DNA of 64,000 bases from Felis catus (taxonomy: Eukaryota), in NCBI RefSeq assembly GCF_018350175.1, contig NC_058368.1, forward strand, positions 70,620,001 through 70,684,000, read 5' to 3'. Below the pieces are notes generated by a model, which was not told where the DNA came from, made no database searches, and saw only the letters and a program-made list of their open reading frames with translations. The number at the start of each line of letters is the position of its first letter. Position 1 is the first letter of the stretch. A program made the translations under genes and the position numbers. Shown here one piece after another: positions 1-13,984 of the stretch.

Positions 1-364
1 CATGTGAAATATTCTTTTATTTTGTCTAGCATTTTTAGATGTTCATAGTGGGAAAATTTTCATGTTGTCTTAGTCTGTAATTTTTCCTAAATCTGGAAAT
101 AGAGAAGATACAAATTGATAAAATATTGGCAGATAGCTAAAAACATGGGTTTTTATTTTATTTTATTTTATTTTATTTTATTTTATTTTATTTTATTTTA
201 CTATAACGGTGTGATGCTGTAGGGTTTGGACGGCTTGCATTCAGCAGACCAGTCTTTTATTTCCCAGTCTCTACATGTGACCTCATGGTAAGAAAAGGCA
301 CTTGCAAGCATTAATAAGATGGTTCTCTTCTGTGTCTGATGATTGCGTATTGGTCTCTTTTTAG

Positions 365-487
365 GGAGGAATGATCAATTGGAATCGTCTTTTCCCTCCT
401 TTACGTCAGCGACGAAATGTAAACTATCAGGACGATCGGCGGTCTGAACAACAAGCATCTCCTCCTCTAGAGGTTTCTGAGGAACAG
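365..487 (+). CDS. UBAC2: UBAC2 penultimate coding exon (123 nt, phase 0/0): GGMINWNRLFPPLRQRRNVNYQDDRRSEQQASPPLEVSEEQ
   Basis: Polypyrimidine tract + TTAG acceptor ending at 364; donor CAG|GTAATC at 487/488; translation matches recalled mammalian UBAC2 (GGMINWNRLFPPLRQR...PPLEVSEEQ) and joins in frame to the exon at 13877. Confidence 0.95.
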
Positions 488-699
488 GTAATCAGTAACA
501 CTGGTACTTACCCTAAACCTGTGTTTCAAATTTAAAAAGAGTTTAGGTGAACAAGACTTGAAAGAAATCAAGCATATGAATGCAAAGATTTTGAGAACAG
601 TTAAACCACTGCTAACAGTGATGACACTTGGGCCTTTATTAGCTACTGAGGGTCTTGTAAGTTTGAGGAAGGCATAATTTGAAAAAAAAAATGCATTGT

Positions 700-1251
700 G
701 ATCACTTATTTTGAAATCTATAATACTTTATATATATAAGAAACTACTGAGGTTTGTTCTCCGTAAGGGGTAGGAGACAACAGGACTGGAGGACAGGAGG
801 GGTGGTGCTTCTCTGAGAGAACCTTTTGTATGGTTTTGACTTAGGAATCAGGTTAATGTTTCACAATGTTTCACAGAAAGCAATTCAACAATAGGGAGTG
901 CTGTAAAACTAAAAAGAAACAAATAAAAGATCCAACTGTATTTTAAATGAATAACATAGGAGAGAGGGAAAAATTAATTTTGTAACTTTTGAACATAACA
1001 TGGCCCTCATTCTAAAGAAAAAAAAAGGATTGCAAAGAAATCTTAAGCTCTTCTTAGGTTTATTTTCACAGGAGTATGAGTATAGCAATTCTGAAATTAT
1101 GTTGGTTGTATTATAGATTTAAGCAGATGAGGAAATAGGTTGATCTTACTGTAGAAGAAGGATAATACAAATACAGAAAAGGGAGAGCAAGGAAGAACCC
1201 TGTAGGGTAGGATTGGAATTAGAGGTATCAGCATAAACTCGTGATTTAGTA

Positions 1252-1282
<31 letters not shown>

Positions 1283-2560
1283 ACATGTGTTTTAGCTCTG
1301 TCAACCTAAAGGAATCAGTGGCATCCCAGTAACACTGACCACACCTGCTGCCCAGATCTCATCTCCAAATATGTTGGCCCACTGACAGAAACAAGCTTCT
1401 TGAGAGAAATGGTGGGTCCCAGGCCCAGGGTTGGGAAGGAACAAGATGACCCTGGACCACCATGCAAGGAATTAAGGAAGTACTCTCATAACTAAGGGTT
1501 CAGGTCCCAAGGACACCAGAGCCAGCTTGAGGGTGTCCCAGTGACCAAATTTGGGACATCAGATTTGGGCATCAAAGTAAGTAAGGACAGTACTTAATAT
1601 AATCCACTGGGCAGGGGAGTAATCCATGAGCTCATACTGATGTTAGGAGATAAATTTTTATATAGGTATATGCATCCACAGGGAAAAGGAATGTAAAGAA
1701 GTAAGTAGAGAGGATTGTGGATGGTATTAGAAAATCATAATTTTGCAACTATCAGAGTAAAAATCAACTCGGGGACAAATCATCAATATCTGAAGAACAG
1801 GCTATTTATATAATCTCCAGGTATCTCCCCAAAAGTTGCTTATTAATTACAAAAGGAAAATAGTTAACTATTTAGTGGAGAAACTGGGCACCAGCTTAAC
1901 CACATCATCAGAATCAGTATACTGATAATGGAACAGAGAGGCTGCTGGCATGTCCTGGAAGGACACATCACTTATGTCTTACAATAAAAAATCCGTAACT
2001 TTGATCATAAAGAGAAAGCAGATAAACCAGTTTGAGGGACATTCTATAAAATATCCGACCCATATTCTTCAACAATACTCATGCCGCAAGCTGTTCCAGA
2101 TTAAAGGGGACAAAGAGGCGTATTAACGAAATGTCAGATGTGATCCAGAAATGCAGTCCATTCTGTCCTGAAATGCAGTGCAAACATTTTTGGTGAACAA
2201 ACATTTTAGAGCCAGTTGATGAAATTGGACTGTGGATTAGATCATAGTTTTATATTAATGTTCAGTGTCTGCGATTTGGTATCTATATGGACTGTGATTA
2301 GGAAAGAGAATATTCTTCTTCTGGAAAAATACACACTTGAAGTACTTAGAGGTAAAGGGACATGGTATGTGCAACTTAATCTCAAATGTTTCAGGAAGAA
2401 TAAGTGAGAGAGCATATAGACTGAGGGAGAGAGAGAGGGAACGCAGCTGTGGCAAAGTAACAGCGAATCTGGATGAAAACTAATTGGTTCTAGGTACTGT
2501 TCTTGAAACTTTTCTAGAAGTGTGAGATTATTTCAAACTAGAAAGTTAAAAAAAAAATCT
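700..2560 (+). mobile_element. Old L1 (L1MC-like) 3' region, containing a (GT)n microsatellite at ~1255-1282
   Basis: Resembles L1MC 3'UTR consensus motifs (ggattggaattagaggtatcagcataaactc; ttgagggacattcta; tactgttcttgaaactttt...gagattatttcaaa) and ends in an A-rich tail. Boundaries approximate. Confidence 0.65.
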
Positions 2561-2979
2561 GTGAAAGAAGTTTAGAGCATTGTAGTAACAACACTTTTAA
2601 ATTTCCTTCTACATACATTGTTGTCTACTCATCAAATAAATCAGGTGCAGCATTTCATAGCTGGTCACACCGTCCAGGCCATCACCACCCCTGTCCCCAG
2701 AGGACATAAAGGTCAGTTGGACCCAGGGCACCCAGTCTGTGTGGCAAAGCTGTATCCTGACTTTTTCTGGAATTCATGAGGGGCCTCTGGTCAGAGCTCC
2801 CACGGCCACCCTGGATTAGGCCACTGTAAACGCCTTGGAAAGAACCCAGTTGAATGTGCCTGATGAATTGATCCGGCTTGCCCCCCTCACAACTTCTCAC
2901 TCAGACTGATCATTTTCATGGCTCCTCAGGACTGTAAGAGGTGCAGGAAGGAGCCAGTTTTCTTCCACGTCCATTAGAG

Positions 2980-3171
2980 AATTTTTTTTTTAAGTTTATT
3001 TATTTATTTTGAGAGAGACAGAGACAGCATGAGTAGGGGAGGGACAGAGAGAGGAGACAGAGAATCCCCACAGAGCCTGATGTGGGGCTTCAACTCATGA
3101 AACCGTGAGATCATGACCTGAGAGGAAACCAAGAGTCGGACACTTAACTGACTGAACCACCTTGGTGCCCT
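2980..3171 (-). mobile_element. Can-SINE
   Basis: Reverse-complement tRNA-derived head, (AG)n and T-rich tail; TSD ttagagaattt. Confidence 0.9.
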
Positions 3172-4349
3172 TAGAGAATTTCTAGAAAAATGTTATCCCC
3201 GTAGCTATGAAAATAAAGCCCAGTAACTCATTTTGTAAGATATTTATGATAACAGATTCAAAAATAAGCTAATGCTCTCAAGTTCAGGTAAAAAGAAAGA
3301 GTTCTGGTATATTACTGTTTACTTACTTGTGCTAGAACCACAAGTCACATTCCTCACAGACCGTTAAGGATATGAGGTATTTAAGGTGAGATAGCTCTTT
3401 GTGTTGGCACTTTCAAAAAAAAAAAAAAGTGTCAAAAATAACAATAAGGAGAATGTGTGTAATTGAAGTCTTCAGGGTTTTTTAATGAATCATTTTCCTT
3501 GATCCTCCCAGAATGACAGCAGGTTAACATGTTGTCATTATCAGTTTAAACAGCATTAACTTCTTCCTTGCTCTGGTATGAAAAGATGTAAATATGTGAG
3601 AGGCTGTTTTTAACATATGCTTCCTTATTCATCATTAATTTTCTAAACCTTGTTTCTTGTGTTTACTAATTTTCCTGAAAATGGTCATTACAGACTGTCA
3701 TTGCCTTAAAACCCAGGTTCTTCCCTGGCATTGTTTATTATGTAGACCCTTGGCAATATTTGCGATAGGTGCTAGCCAAGCTGTAAAAGAGGGGAAAAAA
3801 TGTTCTTGCCCTCAGGACATTGACAACAATGTTTAGAAATGTATAGTTAATATATAATCTCTTGGTTAGTTTGTTGAGGCTAGACACTATGTAAAATAGT
3901 ATCTATTAGTAACGTAGTAAGATAGCTTGGACGAACAAAACCTCTCAATGCTTAATTCTTCAATTAAATGTGCTGTATCTTTTAAATATCAGAGTCATGC
4001 AATTTTAATGCATTAGGGAACTTAATAATTTTCTAAGTCAAGAACAATGAAAACTATTGTTTTCTGTTTTTCTGATGTAAAAAAAAATACTTAAAGGAAT
4101 TTTAGTGAGAGTTCTTTCAGTTCGGAAAACAAAGAATATTCTAAGAATGAATGTGCATCTCTTATTACATCTCATAATAGTCTAACATACAGCCATAGAA
4201 AAATTTTGCCACTTTTTCTACTTCTGCTGTGGGTAAGTTCCTGAATTTTTGGGTCTTCACAGTCTACTGTTTTTCAACAAGTGGACTCAACACCTTTGCC
4301 AGTTTAGTGCCCCTTGAAGATGCCGTCCCCAGCCACCCCCCGTTTTAAA

Positions 4350-4540
4350 AAAATTTTTTAATGTTTATTTATTTCTGAGAGAGCAAGTGAGGGAGGGGCT
4401 GAGAGAAGGAGACAGAGGATCCGAAGCAGGCTCTGTGCTGACAGCAGAGAGCCCGATGTGGGTCTCGAATTCATAAACCATGAGATCATGGCCTGAGCTG
4501 AAGTCAGATGCTTAACCGACTGAACCACCCAGGTGCCCCC
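4350..4540 (-). mobile_element. Can-SINE
   Basis: gagatcatggcctgagctgaagtcagatgcttaaccgactgaaccacccaggtgcccc. Confidence 0.9.
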
Positions 4541-7477
4541 AGCCCCAGCCCCTTTTAAGAATCTGTCAAAACCAAGTGCCACCCTATAAAAACTCTTTTT
4601 AATAATAAAATGTGCTCAAATGTCTAATATCTTAAAAAGAAATAGATACGTTATTCCATTTCTCTTTCTTCTTTTCTTTTTAAACAGGGATTTTCATATT
4701 ACACCTGTAGTCAAAAATAACAATGAACTTCGGTCATTAGCCTCCTACTTTTTTTTTTAATCAAAGGAGGAGAAAACTTACCAAATTTGTCTTTCTTGAA
4801 CCCTTCTACGCTTAGAAAATGACCCTTAAGTTTATCCTTAATGGAATACATAGGTAAAAACGGGCAAGGAAATTAAGCAGGACTAAACCAAGCTAGGGCT
4901 CGACAGAGGGAAGATAAATGGACTGGTACAGATTCCAGCTTCCTGCCTTCCCATCACACTTCTTTACCTCCTAATCAGCCAAGAATTACCAGCTGTCTGC
5001 TCTGCATCAGGCTGGCCACTGGGCTAGGTTCTTGAAATACAGAGATAAATAAGGCATAATTTCCTGACCTCAAGTGGTGCAGAGCCCGGTATGGGGAGCC
5101 AGGCTCAGCGACATCTCTAGTCAACTGTGCAGAAGTATTCCAGTGCCACTGAAACTAAGAAAGGACCGCCAGTGCAGGGGGCGGGGAGGGCAGCTCCCAT
5201 AGTCCTGCCACCGGGTGTGAACTCCCACTTCTATGCTGTAGGCCCTGAGGAACCATGGCAGGATCTTAAACCGGGAGTCACATCATGGGGTTCCCCTGGA
5301 GGGTGGACTACCCATGGAGGAAGGGGCGTATTATAACCATAATGTAACTTATTCCATCCCTGCCCAGGAAATATGCTTACGAGTGCTTACGAGACTCTTG
5401 CTTTAGTAAGTTGATAATACGTGAGACCCGTCCTGTGGATTCCACTCATGGCGTCCAAAATATTCATTGACCCGACTAGAGAGAGAATGGCCTTCAGCAC
5501 ACAGAACACTTTCAGTCTTAGCTGATAAATAGCAAAATGCATTTAGTCAGGAGAATCTTAATCTTAGTGAGGTTTTCTTCTCTCTTCCCTTCTCCAGAAT
5601 CTTCACCACTGTCACCATAAAAACTCACCTGATACAAACAGTTCCCCCTGACTAACATGTATGTATTTTGGGGTACACTTGGTACTTCTGTGTATTTATA
5701 ATTGTGAGTTGGGAACTGGTCCAGCAGTGACTCAGCTTTTATTTCCCTCGTGATGGCGAGCTCCATGAGGGCTAATCCCATCTCTTCCTGTTTCCCACAC
5801 CACACGGAGCCTGACACACAGAAGGTGCCCGATGGTGGTTAGAGCAGGGCTAAACGTGAAGGTGTGAGAGTGGTATTATGTCAGACTTTTCCATCTGTAG
5901 GCTGGAAATAGGTTTTCTCAGAGAATAGCAAAGCTAACTGTGTTAGAATGAAATATTGTGTGGCAGTCAAATAATTAACCAACTCTGGGGGGGTGGGGGG
6001 TGCCTCATTCTGCTGGGTCTTCTAAAAGATATAAGCAGTGGAGCTCATCCAGTCTGTTGTGAGGGCCTTCTCAGTACCAAAGCCTGAGCAAAGCAGAAAT
6101 GCAAAAATAAGGGGCCTCTGAGCAGCCTGTAGCCAGACAGGAGCATAAAATAACCAGAAACCATTCACTCCCCCAATGTGTGTGATCAAAGGGGTTCAGC
6201 ATTTCTGAGGAGGAGGGGAATGGCCAGGTATCCAGGGGAGAGAAGCACACTGAACCACAAGTGACCTGACCGTGCACTTGCAGTGGGGAAGCCACGAGGT
6301 AGGAGAGTCAGCTTGCCCTGAGCGGCAACATGGTTGTTATAATGAAGGGGAGGGAAGGGTGAGCCACATCCCCAAGACTTCTGCGGGGGTGCTCCTCCCG
6401 GCAGGGCGTGCGTGTGCCCCAGATGGTGTTGTGCCGTGAGGGGGCAACCAGCATGGGATTGGGGCAGGCATCATTCAGGTGGGCATCACTTCCTGCAAGC
6501 GTCAGAATTTGGGAAGTAGAACCCAAAAACCGTTTGCTTTTGACACCCTTAGCTAAAGGGAAGTTAAAGAAAACCACAGTCTTCACTTGAACAAAACAAG
6601 AGGAGTATGTCACTGATAGGAATTGCCATGTTTCATTGGGATGAACATCCTGATTCACTGGTGCCAGAGAGTAGTTGCATCGTCGGTAGAAGGCAAAGTA
6701 GGACTTCATTTATTTTCTTGAGTGAGAATTAGCTCGAGATCGGAGGCCCACATGTCCCAAATCATAGAGGATTGTTTTTTGTTTTTTGTTTTTTATTTTT
6801 GTTTTTTGTTTTTTCTAAGGAAAGGAAAACTGATAGGGATTTATTTCCATCCCTATAGGTTTCTTTTCTTGTTCAACAGGGTCTTTCTTTGGAAAACGTA
6901 TTCTAGGAAAAACTCATTCTGCCTTGTCTGTCTTCAGAGCACTGCCGTCGGTGGTGGGAGAGCTCACCTGCGGCACCTGCTCCTGTCCGCGTTCCTGGCC
7001 TTGTGTGGGGCTGGCACACGGGGGGGCCTCGGGCCCTTGACCAAGAGCTGCCAGCAGAGTCCCAGGTCGCTGGGGGGATGTGCCACATGGCTAGGCTACA
7101 ATTCCAGTACCCGCCCCTCGTTGCCGACCCTTACGCAGAGATACCTCTGAACCTTCCTCTAGAAAGTCAAGTCTTCAGTTACAGAAGACAGGCATCTGGG
7201 GTTACACTCAGGCACCTTCTGTTTTTATGAATGAGGGATGTGGGAGACAGGAGGGCCTAACACTCTGCATGTTATAACCCAATTACTGTTTAAAGCAAAT
7301 AGAGAAAAGGATTATTTTGTTTAGACTAGAAACCCAGATGAACTCTATTCTGATGTTCTGTGGTGAGAATGTTTAGACAGAAGATTCCCTGTGATGCATG
7401 AGCAGAAGGAGGGGACTTACTGTGCTCCAAGATGGAGAAGGAATGTTGAAAGAAATGCTTTTCAGAAAATTCTATGG

Positions 7478-7521
<44 letters not shown>

Positions 7522-9655
7522 GTAAGTTTCCCAGACAGACCACTGCAAAGCCAGCCAGTCCGAGACTGACTGAGACACCAGGTGTGCATCTGCAGGTCTT
7601 GTGGTGGCAGCGGGTGTGTGCAGTGTCCTGAGTGTTTTACCAGCTTTATCATTCCAGCCCCAAGCTGTTTATTGGTGGTCTTCCCCCAGCAGACGGTCAG
7701 TTCCTTAAAGAACTTACATCACTAAACTGAAACTCCTTCTCTAGCCACTGCTGGGCACGTTCTGTGTGCCAGGCTCTGTGTCAGGTGGGGGACACAGCAG
7801 GCACAGTCCCAGCCCGCAAGGAGCTCGTTGTCTGCCTGCCGGGGAAGACCGACAACACGGAAGTCACTAATCCCAGCTCACCGAGGATACTTCACACAGA
7901 CCCTCGGGGAGTCTGTGAACGTTCGGTGAATGAATGACATTCCTATACTGTCCACAACTTGACTTAAACCGATCAGGAGGTGTTTTTGTATTTTTATCTT
8001 ATAGTCAAGACCAAGAGATTTTACACTGACATTTTCTCTTCCCATGGACGTTCTATCTGATCAGGCAACAGATGGCTCTCATTCCAAGAGCTGAACTGAA
8101 AAGACAAGAAACAGCCTGTAGAAGAAACAAATTAGGTTTCCAGTGTGATTTGATGTGTTATGTGGCTAATATATATGCCTTGGATGGGGAGGGAGGTGAA
8201 CTGAGTATCTGTAAATACCATTATTTATATAATCATCACAGCTGAATATTTGCTAGAATGTATACAAATATAAAGTTTTCTAAGAGTCACTAAGATAATG
8301 TGGACTTTTAGAATTTTATGCTCACCTCTTAAGAAAAGATATTTCCTATCTTTTCTACTTCATCTGGGCTCACCATGTTAGTTTTCTTAGGCCAGTTCTT
8401 GCATGTGCCATTTAAACACTGGAAATATGTAACAAATCATTCTGGCGTTGGTTTTAAGTGTGGCTGTGTTTAACTGTGGCAGGATGTGTACATGAGGGCG
8501 AATTTCACCTTGAACCCCATGTTTGACCGAGCGTCCCGGGAGGGCTGATTTTCTGCCCAACACTCTCCTTCCAGCCGCTCAGTGCTCACTGGGGCTCCCT
8601 GAGAACACGTATGCGCTTGATCATTGTAAAACACATCAGTTCTTCGACCAACAAAGGATATAAAGCAAGTAAAGTGAAAGCAGCTCAAGTGAATGCTGAA
8701 AACCAAAGCCAGGGGTGGTTTTGTCAGGCTGTGGGAACCTCTGAACTGAGGCTGCAAGGGTCACAGGGAAGGACTCGCACACCTGGGCCAGTCAGTCTTC
8801 AGCAGGGTGAGAATTATGACAGGGGGCCATGCTCACTGAGCACCTGTCAGGCGCCAGCTACCAGGCGACCAGACCAGGCCCTTCACTCACGTCTCTTATC
8901 CCCAGACTGTGGGAGCACTGAGAGCCCACGGTGTAGTGGCCCACCTGACTCACGTGGTGAATACATGGCGTATGGGGGCCTGAGCCCAGAGCTCAGACTC
9001 TCCCCGCCCACTGACAGGCTCACCCCCTCCCAGCAGTGGTGGCTGGGATGACTCTCTGGCACTTGGATAACATCTAAAACGGCTGCCAGCCTCCTCTGTG
9101 TTTTTCTTTGAAGGAATTGGGCACTTTGGGAAGCCTGTGTGTATTTGCGCATCTGACCACAGGTCTGCATAGGTCCCGGTTTTCTCTTTCTGCCATTTGA
9201 GCACAGGAGTTCGTGCTTCACGTGCTAATGCAAACTTCACACAGAGACAATGACAGAGTGCGCTAGCACTGGGCAAGTTGGGCTTCTCCGCACAGGGAAC
9301 TATAAGTCCGCGACAAGTAAAGTCTGCATTGTTATGATTGTTGTATGATAACGAGATTGTTCTGCCACCCAGGGGAGCTGGAGATCCCCAGTTCGGCTCC
9401 AGTTCTTATATCTGGATGTGAGCTTTGAACCAGCTCCCAAGAAAGGACAGCAGTGGGGTGCACGGCCCCCTTCCAGGCAGCCTCCACTGAGAGATGCCAG
9501 CAGTTAGAAAACACCTGTTGAACCTGCTGTCTCTCTGCTTCTCGTCTTTTCTGGCTGATTGTTGTCCACATTCCTAAGCTCAAGCATACAATTTCATTTT
9601 TCCTTAGATGTTTACTATTTGGGACACCAGAGAAAATGTACAGATACACTTTCTT

Positions 9656-9743
9656 TTTTTTTTTTTTTTTTAATATATGAAATTTATTGTCAAATTGGTT
9701 TCCATACAACACCCAGTGCTCATCCCAACAGGTGCCCTCTCAA
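9656..9743 (-). mobile_element. Severely 5'-truncated young L1 (felid/carnivore L1 3' end + poly-A) with perfect 17-bp TSD
   Basis: Minus strand reads gagggcacctgttgggatgagcactgggtgttgtatggaaaccaatttgacaataaatttcata-polyA; TSD tacagatacactttctt at 9639-9655 and 9744-9760. Confidence 0.88.
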
Positions 9744-11237
9744 TACAGATACACTTTCTTAGTGTAATTGTTCAGTTTTTAAAAAGAACTGTTAACATTA
9801 TTTCTATTTCTTTGTTTTTTCATCTGGTTAAAGCACCAGGTGGTTCCACCGTGAAAATTCTGCAATCACACTTTTCTTCTCACCCCTAAACAATGCAGAA
9901 AGCTCTGAAGCCAGCTTTGGCTAAAGGGGCACGGTTGCCGGCCTCCAGAGGATGGACAGCCAGCGGCCTGCCGCAAGCTTCTAAGTACATCAAACGCGCT
10001 TCTCAGCAAAACCTGTGGAAAACACGGCCCAGTTGCCAAAACCAGCAACGGTGCACGTGTGGTTGTTCGTTTCTGAGAGACTGAGTGAACTCGGGAGGAA
10101 GCCTCACGTGCAGAGAAGGCTTCTCCACACCGACATCGCGTATGTATGTAGGACACGACCAGGCCGTCGAAGGCCTGAGGGGTCCCCTCCAAGGTGGTGC
10201 AGCCCGTGCTGGAGCTGTGCCTTGGTGGCCTATATGGCCAGCCCATCATCAGCCTCCAAGCCAAATTCAGAGTCCGTGGAGGGAAGACTCAAGCACCAGC
10301 TGGAAGTTGTGGCCTAGCACCCTCACCTGCTGGCGGTGGGGGTCTGGCTCACACGCCATCAGCTCCGGTATGAATCACAATTTGGCAGATAGATACTTTT
10401 ATTCCTGCTGGCGAGGTGCCAAGAAGCAGCCAGTCTTTAGCTGTGCTTGAAGCACCAACGGTGACAAAGCGGTGATCGTGAATGTCGCATGAGCCAAACT
10501 GAAGTCGTTAAGGACCGCCACGTTGCTGGGTGGTAGCGTCGTGTTTGTGGTAACAGAGAGAAGGCAGGTGGAGCTGCCCACCTCCTCCTGGGCCACATTA
10601 GCTCCACTAAAGATAGTGGTTCTTAACTGTCAGTTACTGGAATAAACGTCATTAAAGGTTATTTCAATCCAGGAAATGACCTAGGAAGGATCACCTGGAT
10701 TTGACGTGCGCCCAGCCCAGGTCCTCGATTATGCTGCTCGGGGTAGAGAAAGCAGGGCGGGTCATACTGTTCGAAATCCCCCCAAGGAGAGAGGAAAATG
10801 TGGATCCTCGTAATCAAATGGCAAAATTGATGTTTCACGTCTGGCAGAGCCTAAAATAGAGCATCAGATGACTTGAGTGTTAAGAAGAGAGTTGTGGTCT
10901 GTCGACGCCACCCTGCTCCTGCTCACACAGGATGTCATCAAGACATCTGACGACTGTAAGAGATACATTGGTGACATGTGGAATGGATAATAATATGAAG
11001 TGGGCTTTAAACCAGTTAAAAATCTCTAAAAAGACCAAAAAAAAAGTTGGTCAGCCACTTGAATAGAAAGGGAGGTCTGTAGTGAGTTTGGGTCCCTACC
11101 TTTGATTTTTGCCTGCTTGACATTTTCATCAGTCACTTGACGGGGACATTATAGAGGTTTGCTACTCCAGTTCGGGGGTGATAAAATTTTGAGGGATCTG
11201 AGTAATCTAGGAGACAACAGAATTGAAACTGAAATTA

Positions 11238-11371
11238 GGGGTGCCTGGGTGGCTCTGTTGGTTAAGCATCCGACTTCAGCCCAGGTTATGATCACATGGT
11301 TCATGGGTTCGAGCCCTGCATCGGGCTCTGTGCTGACAGCTCAGAGCCTGGAGCCTGCTTCGGATTCTGTG

Positions 11372-11409
<38 letters not shown>

Positions 11410-11485
11410 CCTCCCCTGCTCACACTCACTCTGTCTCTCAAAGATAAATAAACATTAAAAAATAATAATAAATTAAAAAATAAGT
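11238..11485 (+). mobile_element. Can-SINE
   Basis: ggggtgcctgggtggctc head, (CT)n, A-rich tail; TSD aaactgaaatt. Confidence 0.92.
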
Positions 11486-13876
11486 AAACTGAAATTTCGT
11501 TTTGGTTGGCTAGAAAATGGCCAGAGGGAATTTAACAGATGTGTGCAGTCCTAAACCCAGAAGATCAAATATAAATTTACAGAGTAGGATTTGAGAAGCC
11601 CAGGGAGTGTTTTCAGTAGGCATCAGGGTAACTGGCCACACTGGGATGGTGTGGGTATGCACACGAGCACAGGCACATGCCCGTACACACGTGTGCACGC
11701 TGCCGAAGTGTTCCACTGTTGTGACAAGGGCTGCGAGCAGAGGACAGCAGCAACGGGAGAGCACTGGGGGGGTGGGGCGCTTCACTGGACAGAGATGGAT
11801 CCTGGAGCACAGGAATGAAGAAAGCAGCCCCGGCCCCCGTTCTCAGGAGGCTCACAACACAGTGACAGGGAGCCCAGGACACAGGTCAGTGGAGCCACAG
11901 AACTTTTTGTCTGGGCTTCTTTCTGGTCTGGGAGAATGGGAAAGGGCCAGGTGCCCCCAGAGTCAGCGGATGAAGAGGAGCTCCCGAGGCCGAGGGCAGA
12001 GGAAAAGAGCCTTCTGGTAGAGGGACCCTGGCAGTAAAGGCAGGAGAGGGTTCCACGGCACCCGGGCCGGACCAGGAGCTGGGGCGCTGGCCTGGAGCAA
12101 GAAAGATGGGGGAGGATGGCCTTCAGACCTTCAAAGTGCTTCACCCAGGAAAGGGACTAGGATTGTTTTCTGTTACTTGAAAGGGTGAAATTAGGACCTT
12201 TGAAGTCCCACGGATGACAGCCAGAGGCAGGTTCTGCTTCTGTGGAGGAAGAACTGTCCATCTTGGCCAGTAAGTGAGGGAGTGTTTGTGATACCCTGGG
12301 AAAGGTGGTTCTTTCCTTGAGCAGGAAATGAAAGCAGAAGATTCTTGCTGTTCTGTCCACACTGTCCCCCAGCCCGGGGAGTGGGTCTCCCACATGTGAC
12401 GGCCTTTTTCCCAGGCACCGGGCGTCCCTTCAGAAAACAGCTGTCAGGTGTCTCGCCACAGCCCACAGCAAGAGATGCCTGCAGCAGACACGTGTGTGCG
12501 TGTGGAGAACGGAAAGGAAGCTTTCTGGAAGGAGGGCCCTCGCTGCATACATTTTTTAATGCTCCTCTTAACCCACTGAGTGTTCGTGACGCACTCTTGA
12601 GGGATCACAGCCTCGGTTTGGAAAACACGAGCTAGAACCCGCCTCTCAGAAGTGTCGCCTGCATGTCTGCCTCTGCTCAGCTCGGTTAACATCTGTGTCC
12701 CTGAGGCTCCTTGAGGGAGGAGGGGTCTGGGTGTGGGCAGGGCAGAGAGCTTACTCCCATCTCCTCCCCTGCCACCCACTGGGCTCCCCACCTTCCTCCC
12801 TCCCCCCCACCCCACCCTCCTCCTCCTCACTCCTTTCCCCCAGCCCTGCCCACAACCCACCCCAACCCCCGCAGCATCAGGCGTTTTCCATACACTTTGC
12901 ACCGAGGGCACTATTTTCTATAGGAAGGATCAGAAGTGGTGACCAAGTCCTCAGTCCACAAGAGCCTCTTTAACCCACACGTGGGGAAAATCTCAACATG
13001 TGTTACAAAACTTACAAAAGTGTGTTTCAACATACGTACAAAGAATAGATTCCTTTGGTCTGGCGTCATAGATCTATTTATAATACATTTGAAAATGGGA
13101 AAATAGGTTATGCCTAAATTTCAGTGGCACTGCCTGCTTCATGGAAATCCTATGTTGAAAGTGCAGGAAACCTCTGTGTTTACAGATTGAGGATTTGTGG
13201 TCACGAAAATGCAAGCCTCGTCCTCCCTACCCTTGGTGACTTTCGCTACGTCCTTCCCCCTGGTTCTGCCCCAGGCTTCACCTCCTGGTGCCCACGGCTG
13301 CTGCCTGGAGAGCCCCCGCAGCCAGGACCTTAGCAAATGCTGCACCTCACATGGCAGGTTTTCCTTCCCTGGCCGTGTGATTCCAAGAACCTGCACACAT
13401 TTTTGTCATCGGTGTCTGCCAGCATCAGAAATTAATGTTCAACTAAGCGATTGTTCACACGCACAAGGAAACGTGACTTGGAGAAGTTGTTCGCGGGAAT
13501 CCCACCTGACGCTGAAAGGGCGTGCAGAGTCGTGTGAGCGGGGCTGCTGTGCAGACTGGCTTTCCAGGCCGCACCCCACGGGCTCGTCCACCCTCTGCTG
13601 GTCCTGGCGGGTCGCTTGACCCTTGGAGACTCATTCCTGGTCTCTCAAATGAGAGTTAAATGAGATAATTACACTTATTAGCCATACGTTAAGCACTTTA
13701 AAATGTGCCTGTTAAAAAAAATTTTTTAATCCTATTTCACACTGAAATGAAAATCTGGGTTTGTTTTTTTTTTTTAACATTCTCTGCAAAACTCTCCTGA
13801 AGAGCACCTGGGGGGGCTGATGGATTAGTAGCAGGGTCCTCAGCCTCATCAGGTTTCTGGTTTTGTTTGTTTTCAG

Positions 13877-13984
13877 GTTGCTCGGCTCATGGAGATGGGA
13901 TTTTCCAGGGGTGATGCTTTAGAAGCCCTGAGAGCTTCAAATAATGACCTGAATGTGGCTACCAACTTCCTGCTGCAGCACTGA
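13877..13984 (+). CDS. UBAC2: UBAC2 last coding exon, C-terminal UBA domain: VARLMEMGFSRGDALEALRASNNDLNVATNFLLQH*
   Basis: Acceptor ttttgtttgttttcag ending at 13876; UBA hallmark MGF...AL...NNDLNVATNFLL; TGA at 13982-13984; matches recalled human UBAC2 C-terminus. Confidence 0.97.
   Translation, partial: VARLMEMGFSRGDALEALRASNNDLNVATNFLLQH

Larger units (their letters stand above)
488..13876 (+). other. UBAC2: UBAC2 last intron (~13.4 kb)
   Basis: GT...AG between two exons that join in frame (SEEQ|VARL). Confidence 0.9.

Noticed and set aside
7482..7520. T39 run as an orphan poly-A retroinsertion
   Set aside because: No TSD or element body found; treated as a simple homopolymer.
11238..11320. 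tRNA-like A/B boxes here and at many other sites
   Set aside because: Heads of tRNA-derived Can-SINEs, not tRNA genes.
488..13876. Intact GPR183 or GPR18 nested in the UBAC2 intron
   Set aside because: No long ORF or 7TM motifs in this intron; those genes lie in earlier introns outside the window.
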